A program made the position numbers and the translations under genes. The notes beneath the pieces are model-generated. The model did not search any database and was not told the DNA's origin. It worked only from the letters and a program-made list of their open reading frames with translations. From NCBI GenBank assembly GCA_965285935.1, contig OZ260665.1, positions 38,998,001 to 39,062,000 on the forward strand: a DNA stretch of 64,000 nucleotides, given 5' to 3'. Source of the DNA: Ophelia neglecta (lineage: Eukaryota). Shown here one piece after another: positions 38,701 to 53,259 of this stretch (position 1 is the stretch's first letter; each line of letters begins with the position of its first letter).

Positions 38701-41700
38701 CCATGGTCATTCTTGATAGAATTTTGAGCAATTTTGTGTCAACTTTTATTTTGGCATAAGTAACCAAATGATATTCAGGACAAACTGTGTTAATAACTGC
38801 CAGTGGTCTTTAGTTTATTTAATGATACAGGCTATTCGCATTATTAATCCTTCTACTTCACAAAAAGGCATTTATCAATGTGGTGTACCCAAAGTTTTGT
38901 TTGATTTAGTTATTATTTTAATGTATATAGACGACATAAGTGGGAAGCACTATACCCTTTGCAAATAGTTTGAGATGGTGTGGCTGAATTAATTATGTCA
39001 CAATCAATGACCAACTGATGGAACTATTGGAGTGACTGCTTACTTATTTTTCGCTGTCGCCAGGTGTTTTAAATATAAAAAAGCCCCCGCCCCCTCTTAT
39101 TAAATGTATGCCTTGTTTTATCGCGGAAGACATACTTTGACATTGACGAACACAAAGAAGTGGTTAAAAATAGGCCCAACTTGGACAAAAAGCATTGTCG
39201 CCATACTCCGACTTTCTGAAGTTCTACATATTCAAAGTAAAAACATTCCACTACATTGAGTCAGTTTGTAAATGCATTTAATGCTGAATGTTAACTGAAC
39301 CATTTCATAATCTGACTTGGCCTGCTCAGAGAGTCTGTGCTTTCATTACCGAGTCACAGTGATATGCTCCTTTTTACACACTTGTGACAAAGTCGTCATA
39401 TTATATTCTTATTTTTATGTAAGACGAGGCACCCCAGAATAGGCTCGAACCATTACAGGACGGTCAGCAGGACGTTTGACTGTACTGAAAATATACCATT
39501 TGTCTGCTACATATTACCGTTGGCCTTTTTGATTGATTTTAAATTAATTGTGTAATTGTTTACTGGTATGACAGCGAGACATCCCTAGCCGAGTATTGTC
39601 AGGGGGCTTCCATAGCTCAGTATCAAGGCACTAGATATTGACGACTGTCCTGTTGTAGCTCAATATGACCTTACTACCAAAATGTGACTTTTAAAGTTGG
39701 TATTTGTTGTACCTTCCCCAAGTATTTGTGGTTAAGAACATCTGATATTTCCACCACAGTTCTGCTGTATCTGTTATTAACCCTTCTATAATACACATGC
39801 TTTAATATCACTAGTAGGCCTACAGTTATTTCACTATCAAAAGTTGCTAATCAATAGTATTCGTAGGACATCAGTATAGACACCAAATAAGTTTACGATT
39901 TGATTTCAAATGACCTAATATGCGAATGGATATTGTTTGTAGATCAGGCACTGTGTTTATTTTCATGCCAGATGGGTACATACATGTTGTCAGTTGTCTC
40001 TTGCAAGTTTGAATGTAAGTCATAAATATTGTTTAGTGTTTTTTTTTTGTTGGCCTTAGTGCCGGTGTTTTAACATATACCTGTACAGAATATTGGAGCA
40101 TTAAGGAGGATAAAAAGCATCATCGTGTAAGATACCTGTCTTTCATATATGAGTAGTTTAAAGTATTCACCACTATCACCATTAGTAGATTGGTACAGAC
40201 ACAGCCTTACACCCGGCACGACTATTGATGGTTGCAAATTTCATGGCTGGCCTATGTTAATACCATGACGCGAAAAGAGGCCGTTTTCTTACGGTTATTT
40301 TTTTTTCTTACGTACGTTAGTTCTATGATCATATGATGGTCAGATTATGGCTATGAATAAAAGTTAAATAATTGTTAACACTGTATAAGGGTGTATGGCA
40401 GACATCGTTGACGTGAGGGGTATTTTCACTTGTTGTGGTTTAGAGCAGAGTAACACCATGCGTTGAAGGCTTGGAACCTTATTTTCGTTTTGCCAATATA
40501 ATATGTGTTTTTTTTTCATTAGTATATTAGGCCTATATGTTTTCATTCGGTACACTGGCATACATGTAAATCTAACTACACATCATCATGTTTGGTGGCT
40601 CTGATGTGATTGCGATATCTGCTCTATAGAATTCACTGGAATGGTGAAGGAGTTGTTTTCCTCTTCTCCATTGTATGTTTTAGCGCTGTATCTATAGGCG
40701 TATAAATATCCTCAGTAATTCCACATTTCCAGACTCGGATGAGGTATTGGAAATATAACCCGGACAGAGGTTAAATACATGATACTCATGACTAAATATT
40801 GACCTAATGTGATTAAATCCGGTCAAACTCTCGGCCTACAGGTTTATTAAGCTAATGTTGCTGATACAGAATATGTCCATGTTTTGGATTGGAAGTCTGC
40901 ACATCATAGCGTTGCAAGAGAAAACACTGCAGTCTGTAGAATGAATGCAAGGAATTTTTAAAAGCGAGGACTGAAAGTCGATCATATTTGTGAGTATTTT
41001 GTAAGGGCACTACGGCGAGCCAGTGTAATAGCCATGCAGCAAGGACGGTGCTCCTTACCAGAAACAAAAGGCAGAGACGCGTCAGTGAATCTTGCTTAAG
41101 CTCACCTCGATGGACTCCAAGTTAGTTCTCATCATTGAGAGACTGGATAGATTGGACACTACAGTGAAAACGTTGGAAGTTGCTAATACAGCCCCGCAAC
41201 AAGGGCTAGATTATATGGAGCAGAGCCAAACGGGGAGCACAATATGGTGAACAGGGGCATTATTGTGCAGTTTAATAGAAAAATAGTGGATCTTACAAAG
41301 AGAAATCATACATATGAAATGGTGATACATGGAATTCCTGAAACAGAGGACGAGGCTGTAGATTCTCTAAGAAAATCAATGTATCGCCTATTTGAAGAAA
41401 AACTGGCAGTTGCAAATTAGAATGCCGTTATTGATATCGTAAATCATACATCCAGTTTTAGAGGAACTAAGACACAGAATACGGTGAAACCTAGAATATT
41501 CCACGTTAGAATGGTAAAACGTCATTACAGGAATCATATTCTTCAACTTCTTCCTAAACGGTTTGAAAATCTGGATCATTCATCACAGTTGATGTAGACC
41601 CAGCCACACGATGCATAGCTTATGGAAAAACTGAAGGAATGAATAACAGAAAAGATTTTGTTCCATTAAGCATCCTTAAATTTAGGCAATCTCTGGCCTA

Positions 41701-44700
41701 ATTACCCAAGGAAGAACAGTATTCATATAGCACCCCATGAAATCAAAGCGACCCTCCTAGAATGTTGAACATTTACTAAGGCCGTTATATATATATAACT
41801 TGACTAAAACTGTCTGCCATAGGACATGTGTGGACACAAAGGAAAGGTTATGAGATGATACAATTACCATGTACGCGATATGAAATGGTGTTTTCTCAAA
41901 CGTCCAACTGTATAAGCATGTACTGTTAGTTGAATCCCTCTTCCAAGCAAATGACATTGTTACCCTGTCCGTAGATACGTAAGGGTTAATGTTTTGATTG
42001 GTGTAAAATTTGAGATATAATATGTTTTTTGAATATTTTAATGGTAATTTTATTTAATTTGGATATGATATCATAACAGGGATATTTACTTTTGTAAGAT
42101 TTTTGATTTGCATTATTAATGGCTAGGTGAAGCAGGGTTTTCACGGTACAACATATATATTCTCTTTTATTGTAATAATGCATTGAGTGCATCATCAAAT
42201 AACAGACATGCGCGAAAATGTATATAGGTAATACACATTTGGAACGATCACGATCCGTTGTGAAGCAGCGTTAACACACTTTTGAAGAATAGTTTCTTAT
42301 ATCAAAATACGATGATAAAGCAATCTAATACGTTTTTCGAGCTAGGTGCTATGTAATCATTGTTCTTTGGTACTGTTTTCAGAGGATGGTCAAATAAAGG
42401 TTGTTTCCTGGGATTAGAACGGCCCGATATATTCGAGTGTCACTGCAATCACCTGACAGCTTTTGCTGTATTGAAAAGTGAAATGGTAAGACTAAAGATA
42501 TATTTTCTAGAAACATTGCCTGATTAGTGAAATCACCGGCCTTTAAAGTTTACGTCTATATATCAATGTATATAGCAAGAGATGATTTCCGGGATCAATG
42601 GCTCGAGGGATACCAAGAATATAGGGCACAAAAATAATGGACTGGTTAAATTTTGGAGAAATGATATTTGTTTCTTAAATTTCCTATGATCGTGTAATGA
42701 AAAAATATTCTCTAGGAAAATAATGCAGGCCTACTATTGAATGTCAGCACGTTTTTACTCCCTAATGTGGCTTACAATATAGCATAATATGATAATTCAG
42801 TTTAGTTGTTGGCGAGGATTCATTAGATATTTAACTTGCATATATTAAATGCCCAAATTAATAATTTGGAACGATCGATGCCGTTATATATAATCTAGCA
42901 AAAAATTGTTATAACATGACATCATATTTTGAATCCTGGTTTACTGTCGGACGTGCTGAAATATTGAGGTGCTGTTAGATACAGATATGTTTAGAATTCG
43001 TCTTTTATTGCGTTCTAAGTCCGCATCTTATATTTATGATAACTACTTGCGCGGTCCAGCTGGGAGTAGGCTAAGTGCAGGCCATAACAGCTTGGGTGGT
43101 TACAGAGAAATAAATACTAAATTATTCAGAAATGTTCTGTTTATGTGTGCAAGTGGCGGAACATTTCGGCATTAACCCGATTACCGGGAGATGTTTGCAT
43201 ATGCTTGACATTTTCAACATATACATGATTTAACGGTTCACCTGTATTGTAAAAATTTGGTCATTGTCCCAGTTATCAATCCACACAGACACACATATAA
43301 ATACTATAAGTTTTCTTATATTTTTCTATCACGCATTAATCTTAAAAAAAACGTAGCAGTGATAAATATGCAAAGAACCTGTTTTATGCATCGCAGCAAA
43401 ATTGTGAATACTTTCAATGTATCTCCACCGTTGAATGGACATTCTACAATTTCCCATGTTGTCACTTTCTCTAAAGCATTGCGATAGAACATTACTTAAC
43501 ACAATTGTAAGATAATATTTGTTGATGATGGCTTCAATTTGGCGATGACCAGCATCACATTTCTTTTTGTAATGAGCTGTTTGCCACCTATTCTATATCA
43601 GTTATGACATTTCAAACTCAATATCCTTCTACAGCTTCCAGGCTAACATATTTCCGCGTGGCGCTGTTGTAAATACACATTTACATCATCGTTATGAAGT
43701 ATCAGCTAGCTCAAAGCTAGTGTATATTGGCCGGCAATTAATTTCTTTTGACATTATCCATTTGCAAAAGTGTTATGCATAAACAATGCTTTTAAAAACA
43801 CACATTCCATCTGGGCAGGTGCACGAGATTTATATATGTAGAGATTGTTGCACATCTTTACATGGCATTGAATAAAGGCTATATTCCATTAAAATGTTAT
43901 TTAATATTGTACATGACATGCACGTCTATTCATATAATAGTCAATGGTGCGTTGAAAGCAAATTGCACCAAATGTTGCCCAAATAATTGACGATTAGATA
44001 TGCATATTTAATTCGACATGATATAACGCATCATACATGTATTATTAAGTAGTCCAGAAGAATGACTGGACCCATGTCTTCTTATTGATCGGTTATCACG
44101 ACAACTTCGTTTTCGTTACGGATACATCTGGGCTCTGTACATATAACTAATGGCCTTAAAAACCATGTGCCATTTCGTCCATGGTGTTATTGCTTCAAGC
44201 TTTACATGCGTTAGTTTACTGAAAAGCATAGTGTAACGCCACTTGTGCAGCATTTTTTTTTTAGAATAAGTCAGATACTACGAGCGATTGGTTCTTAAAC
44301 TTATTCTTCACTAATTCATTTAAAGCCAAAATCCTGGTAAAATATTAAGCATTTCAAAATAGCAAATCCAACATATTTTATGCAGCGGATCTATGAATTT
44401 CATGTTTTTATAAACCATACTCTTCCACTTGAACTAATATATAAAGATATATAATTTTAACTTTAAGAACAAACATACATCACGGGTAGGTATCTAATTA
44501 TGTGAACGACTTCGATTTTCAGTCAGACCAACAAACGCTGAACTTCGTCACTTGGTTTGGATGTATAGTTACCAGCATATTTTGTATGATGACCGCAATG
44601 GCAATTATTGGATACAGGCAAGTCGTTTATTTTCAAGTCTACTAAAACACATTTTAATAGTTTACACAATATATAACGATTAATACCGACCGATATATTT

Positions 44701-47291
44701 TAAATAATGCGTTCATTGTTGAGTTCCACAATGGTCAAATTAGACGTCGATAATTCATGTGATCGGGAGTCCAAATATCTGCATTGCAGAAATGCCTCAA
44801 GGTAAATAGCATTTTTATCTACATATATTTTCAGAATATTGAACAGTGGTCGATCCTACATGAGGATGAGTTTTCTGGTAATGCTGGGATCTTCGGAGGT
44901 TGTGTTTCTTGCTGGAGTTCGATACACTGAAATGCCTGTATGTCCTTTAAATAATATATTTCACCATTAAAGAAACACACTGGGATTTTTTTTATTTCTG
45001 GATGGGGCATATAACAATGATGTTTATGTTTCTCTGTATTGACGTTCTCAGAAATAGAAGCTTTACTGTCTACTCTCAGTGAACATTATAAATTTATAAG
45101 CATATAGACACATACATTAGCATTTATACTTGATTGAGGAATCTTTGAAATTATAGGCTTTCACATTATCTACCTGTTTACTATGACTTCTTTCAGGCTG
45201 TCTGTACTATGATAGCACTTTACCTGCAGTACTCGGTATTGGGCTCCTTCACTTGGTTGCTAAGTTACGTCTTGTTTCTTGGTAACGAGGTGACTGGGGT
45301 GGTTCCAAACGCCTTGAAGGTGGTTCACTATAGTTTTATAGGATGGATGACTCCATTGCTTGTTGCTCTCATAACTCTTATATGGCGCTACGACTCGTAT
45401 ATGAACAAAGTCTAGTAGGCCACATTTAATATCACTTTCAAAATGTCGTTTATTATGTTTTTTGATATTTAAGATGAGAAAGTCGTTGTATATGATTGAA
45501 AATGTTTATAATTATGTAGAATCTGAGACGATTATAGCACTGTATGATATGAATATTATATTATTGCCTGCCTTTTTATTGTCTGTTTTGTCAATATTAG
45601 CAGTAATGCAGGAATAAAAATTGGAATTTATTATTATGGATAGCAAACTTATAATGATTATTGTCATTTATAATATCGAATAACCCCATTAAACTATATA
45701 ATAAGTCAAAAATTATTCAATTATTTGCTTGAGACGTAATGTAATGAGATGTTATGCATTTCTAGTTGCTGGATTGCTGAAGAAAACTACTTAGGTGCAT
45801 CCTACATGGGGCCTATCGTATTTGTGGCATTTGTAAGTAATTTTTCGTTGAGATTTTAACTATTATTTATCTCTTATATCGTCTTTGTCCATGCAAAACT
45901 TCCAGTGAGAATTGTTTACACGTCAATAAGAAAGACAAAACTAAGTGTATTACATTAGCCTGAAGCCAATGGCATGCAACAGGATGTAAATTCGGACTTT
46001 TTTCATAGACATAGAAATAACGTGTGCTTTTATACAATTAATTCGAAATCACTATTCGCGATTTCATATTTATTATCGAATGTCGTCCTCGTTTTTTCCA
46101 GCTAACGTTGTGCCTATTACTGTACGTGATTAGGACCTACTATAAAGTAACCAGAAAATGTAAAATACGTGCTCACATGTTAGAAGTGGCAGGGTCAGTA
46201 ACATCATTTCAAACGATATACAGTGTTTGAACATATTCCAACAAATTAAACAAGTTACTTTGTAATATACCACCTATGTCATTTGTTTTTAAAGGGGTGG
46301 AATACGTTCCTGCTGCCTCTTACTTCCGTTTCTGACGGCCACGTGGGTCTTAGCTCACTTTGTCATCGTGAAACAAACACTCGTTCTTCAGATCTTGTTT
46401 TCTGTGTGTAATACTGTTTTGGTGGGTGATACTTTTGTTTATTAATTCTTTTAGCTTAACTACAGATGAAACAATTCAGCACCAAATGCAGTCGCCTTTT
46501 TACAATTTATTCATATCTGCATGATTTAGTGTGTTAATATCTTGATTTATGAAGAACATGATATGGTAACCTAGTAGCAGTCGTGTCACTTCCTGCACTT
46601 ATATGACATGCCCTCGTTCTGGAGTGCAACAAAAATTCTTTGAGTCTAGTGCACATATTGTGTGCTGTAATGTGGTATCCATTTTTTATTTCAATAAATA
46701 TATTGAAAAACCATTTAGTCGTAAGTTTGCTGAATACATATATTCACGCGTGGTTAATACCTTTTCAGGGCATTTTGGTTTTCCTGTTTATGTTTCTATT
46801 TAATGAAGAGGTGAGTAATTGTTGACTTTTTGGTCATTCATATTCATAAAGTAACAAGAAATGTGCACAGTCAAATATCATAATAGTTTTCAACGATTGG
46901 TATCAAGGTGGACTTACGGAGTTTTAAATGTAGAGCATTTATTTATTTTCAGATCCGTCGCTCTCGGCGGAAAAATAGTAAGCGCAGCTCACCTTGCTCT
47001 TGTTGCGATATCAAGTCTCGATATCGACGAATCAGAAACCCGGATGCTGATGTAACGGATACAAGCCCAACGGGAAAATCTCGAATTAAACCAGTTATCT
47101 CTATAGAAGACACTGCTGATCCGAGAGACGCCAGATCAACATCTCCTGTGCCCCCATTCTCGATGGATAAAATGCCAAAGGTTACTACTTCACATAGGGT
47201 ACCAATACTCGCCACACCGGAAGATCTCACGAGCGAGGTACTAGCCGTTGATTTAAAACCGTACGAAGCTGTTCAAGAAAGTCGCGGATAA
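35724..47291 (+). CDS. Adhesion G protein-coupled receptor (GAIN/GPS + 7tm_2), 5'-incomplete; exons 35724-36444, 42383-42485, 44523-44617, 44835-44937, 45197-45414, 45766-45832, 46102-46193, 46295-46421, 46769-46810, 46953-47291
   Basis: Ten exons splice in frame (~635 aa). GAIN-like exon (..IVSDIMSASI..LYDPVIITF..CKFM), GPS exon (WSNKGC..ECHCNHL/TAFAVL), TM1 TLNFVTWFGCIVTS, TM2 ..VFLAG, TM3 CTMIALYLQY..SFTW, TM4 IGWMTP, ECL2 YCW, TM5 GPIVFV, TM6 LLPFLTATW, TM7 CNTVLGILVFLF..FNEEIR, then a Ser/Thr/Pro-rich tail. All acceptors are AG; one donor is GC. AATAAA near 48673. Confidence 0.93.
41110..41720 (+). mobile_element. LINE ORF1 remnant (coiled-coil + RRM-like) in aGPCR intron
   Basis: MDSKLVLIIERLDRLDTTVKTLEVAN... 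then KIVDLTKRNHTYEMVIHGIPETEDE..LFEEKL, matching the DLExRxRxxNLxIxGIPE signature of LINE ORF1p; stops and frameshifts. Confidence 0.7.
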
Positions 47292-50200
47292 ATTTGGTGC
47301 CTTATTTTGAAACAATGGTCTGCTTTCATGCTATGTTATCAACTCCGTCAGCGTGGTCTAGGATTTTCTAAGTCCTGAATTTTGTAGATCGGTACAGTCT
47401 GCCGCAAATCCCCTCCTGATTTTAAAACTTCTGTACTTTTTTGTCACGGTTATATTTTAGTTTTAGTTTCCACAAGATTGGTGCAGGCAATCCGCCTCTT
47501 AATAGTAGCATAGTTGAACTTTAGGTAAGAACAATATTTAGTTTTGCTTACTCATTGTTTCTCTCTTGATCTCTATTGCATGGTGGTTTATTGCCTCCTA
47601 TTCTTTCACTCTACTGTAGCTCTCTTGGCTATTTGTTATCTGCGGCTTTGACGGAGATGGCTATGAGGAAAGGGTGATATTTAGGTTTTATAATTCGGGC
47701 GGAGGGATGGGGAGGTTGTTTAACGGACAGATATGACCAATCAAGTCCTCGGCCCTTGCAGTTTCGGTTTCTTGCAGTTATGCTTGTTTAGATCATTAGT
47801 TAATGTATAAATAGTCTTATGATATGCCTCCGTCTTGGCCGCCGATGGGAACAAATCAATTTACTGCGTCTGTAGACTTTCTAAGTGTTTATTCTCTGTT
47901 GTCTACCTTTCAGGAGGCTGAGTCGGAGTCAAACGTGTAAATAGACTTTGATTTGTTCTGAATCCGAAGTGGAATGAGTTGTATGGGGAGAAGATGTAAA
48001 AATCAACTTTTATTGTTCCTGTTTTAGTGTGAACATTTTTCTCTATTGTACATAGACTATCCCATACGTAGATTTATATTAGCAACAATCGTTGTCAGTC
48101 AACAGAGCACTATCGAAATCGATTCCTGTCACAATCATCGCCTTATAAATCTCACAAGGCATTTCCTTAGAACAATATATTCCAATTCAACAGTTTCCAG
48201 TCGAATTGTTTCTTTTTGATTAAATGTTACTAACATAGAATCTCTATACAATTTTCTTATTCTGAAACCCAAATTTTTTCGCTGCATATAGCTTTGATAG
48301 TTAGCGATGTCAACATAATTGCCAGAATGTATTTCGACACCAGATGCCCAGCAGCCATTACACAAAACATTTAACAAGATTATATTTATACATACATAAA
48401 TACATAAATACATATGTATATGTCTTTAATAATATCTTTGCCAAAAAGGTTACCCCCATTAAATACTACTCATGCATACACTATTCACTGCTATTACGCT
48501 ACCGTGCACTTTTAAAATGCGTGTCTCATATACAATGTTGATTATGTTTGTTAAATGTGTGGCAGATCCTTTGCCGTTGTGATAAATCCCACCTCTTGCT
48601 TGGTGTATTGTATGTATGTGAAGAAATGTATAATTTGTAAATTTCACAATATTGCATTTCAATGCCGTTTGCAATAAAGAAACATTTTTTGTATGAATAA
48701 TTTGAGTAAATGGTAAACTAATGAGAAAAATTGTCTATCATATGGATTCGTTTAATTTTTTGTGAATAAAGCTTGATACATTGCAGTAAGCTGCAATGCA
48801 TTCCCTTTTAACTGGCTTCCAAATATTCATACGCATCGGCAAAAAGGTTAACAAGTAGGGGTTTTAAGTCTTGCTCCCAGTATGCTAGCTAACCACACTG
48901 TGCATATTACTCCCTGCTTGTTCATCTAACACAATATACATGTACCACCCCAAAACTGACCATCAAGTAATCTAAGGCGGACTTATGGGAAACGTGTTTG
49001 ATCTGGCAATAAAGTGTCCGAATCGATCGTCTTGAAATAACTGTTGATCTGATTCTAAAGTATAATTATTGGCATCTGGTGAATGAATACGATGCATATT
49101 TGTGGAAAATCATCGTTAACATTCCAAACTAACACATTAACATATGACTTTCATTAAGGGACATACCCATAACTACTTCCGTACTTACTATATTATGGTC
49201 TTGGGGTAGGAATAGTGTGTGTGGTTTACATTTCAAAAATTTAATTTCATATTGAACATTTTTTTTAGATAAAGTGTTCAATGGTCACTGTTAAGATATA
49301 CACAGCTCATTTTCTCAAGATTTCTAATTCTTCTGGGGACAATGGGTAAGATATTGTTACTACTATAATTATGCCTCCAGGTTCTATGGCAACAAGAAGT
49401 ATAGATGGTTTTCTGTTTACTCAATCGCTGTCGTAAAATGTTACCTCTTACCTTGTCCAAGCGGAACATTCACCGGAAGAAAAACTCTTTGTATTCCTTA
49501 CCCGTACGCTGAATCTCAATGTTTGTAGCAAGTCTGCTAATGGCTGATAGTTTAGTATGTAACCTTGCCAAAGCAGTACAACGGATACCTGTAATTTTTT
49601 GGACCTGGCACGTTGTCCCCCCTCTCTCTCTCGCTTTATAAATTGATAAATATAATTATATTTTCATCACTCATCCCCCCACCCCGAGAGGGAGGGGGGG
49701 GGGCACTATGAATCTTTCCCATTATGAAATGTAATTCGGTTAAACAACAGAATCGCTTGATTTTCACTTGGGACTTACTCATATAAGAATTCTCAAACAG
49801 GCTGTGCCCGTTTGAGATCTTCCACCCATTTAAAGATAGGTCATGTGTGCTCACTTGGGTTTTAGTTTTTGCTTAATGATAATTGCTCATCTCTTCGATC
49901 CAGCTATTTAACGGCGGTTATAATATAGATAATTACTCAGCACAAAATATATTTTCTTCGTTATCGTGTCTGATTAGTAACATGTAGGTGAGAATTCGAC
50001 CAACATCGTGTCAAAGTGTACACGATCTTGGAAGAGAAAAACATGAACAAATTACCCTCACTAGAACTACATTTGTATAACGCGCGATTACTTTGTGCAA
50101 ACAGTAATTACATGCATTTAAACAGTCGCCTCATAGATAAAACAGTAACGAAATTTAATAACGTTGGCATAAACATACTATCACGTGATGAGACCAGGTG

Positions 50201-50825
50201 GCAGACGATGAACTGCCACACAAACCTTGCCATAGCTTTGGGAATTCCAAGTTTATCTCGTGCGTACGGGCAAGTGAACCGTTCTTTTCGAAACCGAATG
50301 GTAATGGTTAACTGGACATGTATGACCATCTTGTAAGCCACTAGTGAACAAGCTTAGTTAGATTATGTAGAAACAAGTGGAAACTTATTGTTTTACATTA
50401 TTTTTATTCAAATTGCAGCTAAATTTTAATTTGTATATTGACCCATAATGATAATTAACATTAAGTATACAAATCAAAACAAGAAACAATCTTATTAGAT
50501 TTGTCAAAAATACCCGAATATCGATACCAAAATATTCCAAACCTTACTGATATACAAAATGGTACATAAATGGTCAACCAGGATTGGACCCTAAGTGGGG
50601 TATGTACCCTCAAAAATATAATACCTCGAAATCATTATAAAAGTGCAAGTGCCTGGTGTCAGGCCTTAAAAACTTATCATGATACAGCATGCGTTGAGAC
50701 CAGAAAAGAATCTATACAGTATTCTTTACGTGCAATTAAAATGGCATAAATAGAATTCTACTACAAAACAGCCGACCGAATATTAAACAGTAAAAGGTAT
50801 TTTTTCAGAAGTTTCTTAAAATACA

Positions 50826-51880
50826 TTAAAGAACAATTGCAGCCAATATTATAAGATACACAAAGAAGTTGTTGAAGCCGTTAGCAATCGGATCCTGATC
50901 AGTGACAGTTTTGCCATTAAAAGTAAATTTTCCTGCAGTTGATTCAGATCTTTTTTTATTTATAACTTGCTTTATTGTAGTCGAGGATTTACTCAAGTTA
51001 GATTTACTTCTCTTCAAACTTTCATCATTATGATCTCGTTTTGTTTTACGAAGCAAGCTTAAAAGCTTTTGATTATATTCCTTATACTCTACTAGTTTTG
51101 AGATGGAAGGTAGTTTTTGTAGTTTTAGGTGAAGTTTGTTCTTAGTTTTCATAAACGTTTTAAGCCCTTCCGATAACCAAGGTTTCCTGCGGCGATAGGT
51201 TTGAGAAATGCGTTTAAATGGAAAACAGTTATCATAACATTCCATGGTGATTATATGAAATGCGGTAAAAGCAGTTTGGCAAACGTACTGAGACATTATT
51301 AGTTAAAAGTCAATAGACTGTGTTGCGTCACAAACTCTTTTATGTTAGTTTGATTACACTGACGTCTAGTAACTTTATCAGAAAACTTTCTGGAGGAGTC
51401 TATACAGAAAATATGAAAGTGGTCCGATGTCTCAGTAAAGAAAATTCCTTCGAACGCATTTGAAGGACCATTGTGAACATTATTACTATATATGTTGTCA
51501 ATCAAAGTGGTGAATTTCCAATTAACCCTGCTGGGTTTATTTATAAAAGGCAGAATAGGAATACATACCCTCCAAAATTCAGATGTAGGGATATGTCTCT
51601 CAACATTGGGCAGATTAATATTAAAGTCGCCAGAAATATAAGCAAGCTTATTTTCAGGCTTAATTGTTTTTCCAAAATCCCCAGAATATAAGAGTTGAAG
51701 TCCACAATAGTAGTATTTGGACGCTTATAAACTACGCCGATAATAACATTTCTACTTTAGAGGAAGCCTCTTTCAGTATATCAACAAATACACTTTCTAT
51801 TTTGGGATAAGAGTAATTAAGATCCACGCGGTAGTTGTATATAATAGTTTAACGAATGAACAAAGATACCCCTCCGCCAA
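50826..51880 (-). mobile_element. CR1/L2-group LINE ORF2 remnant (AP endonuclease + linker)
   Basis: GGGVSLFI, NVIIGVVYKRPN, YISGDFNINL, IDNIYSN, SDHFHIF, KPWLSEGLK..KNKLH and IANGFNNFF occur in order; interrupted by stops and frameshifts and ending before the RT core. Confidence 0.9.
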
Positions 51881-53259
51881 CAACAACAATGAAACACCAG
51901 TTTATTCAATTTCCAAAACTATTAGCATTCCAGCTTTCAGACCACATTCCTTGTATTATAGTGCGTTATGATGTTCATCATGAACGCTAAAAAGTTCTTA
52001 AGTATATTTTCGTGTAACTTCCTCCTTCACCGCACATGTATACTTTTCGTTATCATGTTGAGGTTTGGGTAGGCATATGCCTTTATTTATGTATGCTATT
52101 TTTACCTATTCAGTTAGCTATGAAATTGGCAGAGTCTTCACTTGGGCTGCAACAGCAGGTATCCTACTATTTCAAAATGCCTTTGGGAGAAACATATTGA
52201 CTATGTGTGAATAACGTTTGCTGTTCATCTGTTTTGTGTGTACACAATGCCATTTTTTGGAATGCTATAATCGCTACTGCAACGTACTCTCATATACAGC
52301 GAAACATGTCTAATCAGGTCAGTCAAGGGACTGGAAAAAACGTAACAACATTATGTAGATTTCCTTAATCACAGGCAGGTCAGTTAATTTAAGCATAAAT
52401 GGGGATCGGGCTTTTATTTAGTGAACATAGTTGGGAGTATTTCTGATCATGGTAATATTTTGGGGTGTCTTTGTTTTTCAAAGAGAATAGCAATAAGTGT
52501 AATATTTTATGCGTAATTGACAGGAGACTACCCACCAAAAATAACTGTGGTGTTGTAGGGTTACTTCATAGGCTAGCAGCATTGTTTTGGGTGTTCGATT
52601 CTTAGGTGTGGAAATAGCTCTTTTGTTTGGCCAATTTTTGGGCATAAGTGAAAATCATTTGATAACTGCCGTATTGCTAACTCTTCTAGACTGGATTAAA
52701 TACACATGAAATGTTGGAAAATTATATGTGGCCCCCGTAAGGGGTACGTCATACTAGTATAATAATTCATTAAAAGTTGTTGTAAAAACGTGCTTAGTCA
52801 GTGAATATGAATAGTGCCTCCGTATTTCCCCCTCAGTTCTATACTTAGCTTAGTTAAGTTAACAAGACTGACCGTTCTACTCCTAACCATGACAACTATT
52901 GTATTCACTTACCAACATGTCTGTGTGTGTAATTTGATTCTTCAGCAGGTCTACCATCATTTCTTTTAGTGTTTTGACTCCAGCAATACCGAACTAATTG
53001 CCTTTCTTTTCTTGATAACCAGGACCTGCCCCACACCACATCGATTATAGAATTACTAACCCAGAAAAATATACTTTATCAGTTAATACTTATATAGATG
53101 CGGCCGATGCCACTTAACCCACAAGATCTTTTTTAATATTGTTCTAATTTATACTGAAATCTCTACACCAACTCCCTCACCACACCTTTTCAAAAGCATA
53201 AAGTATGAAAATAACACTTGAACAAAGAAATTATAGTTGACTTTATAATTGCAAAGTGC

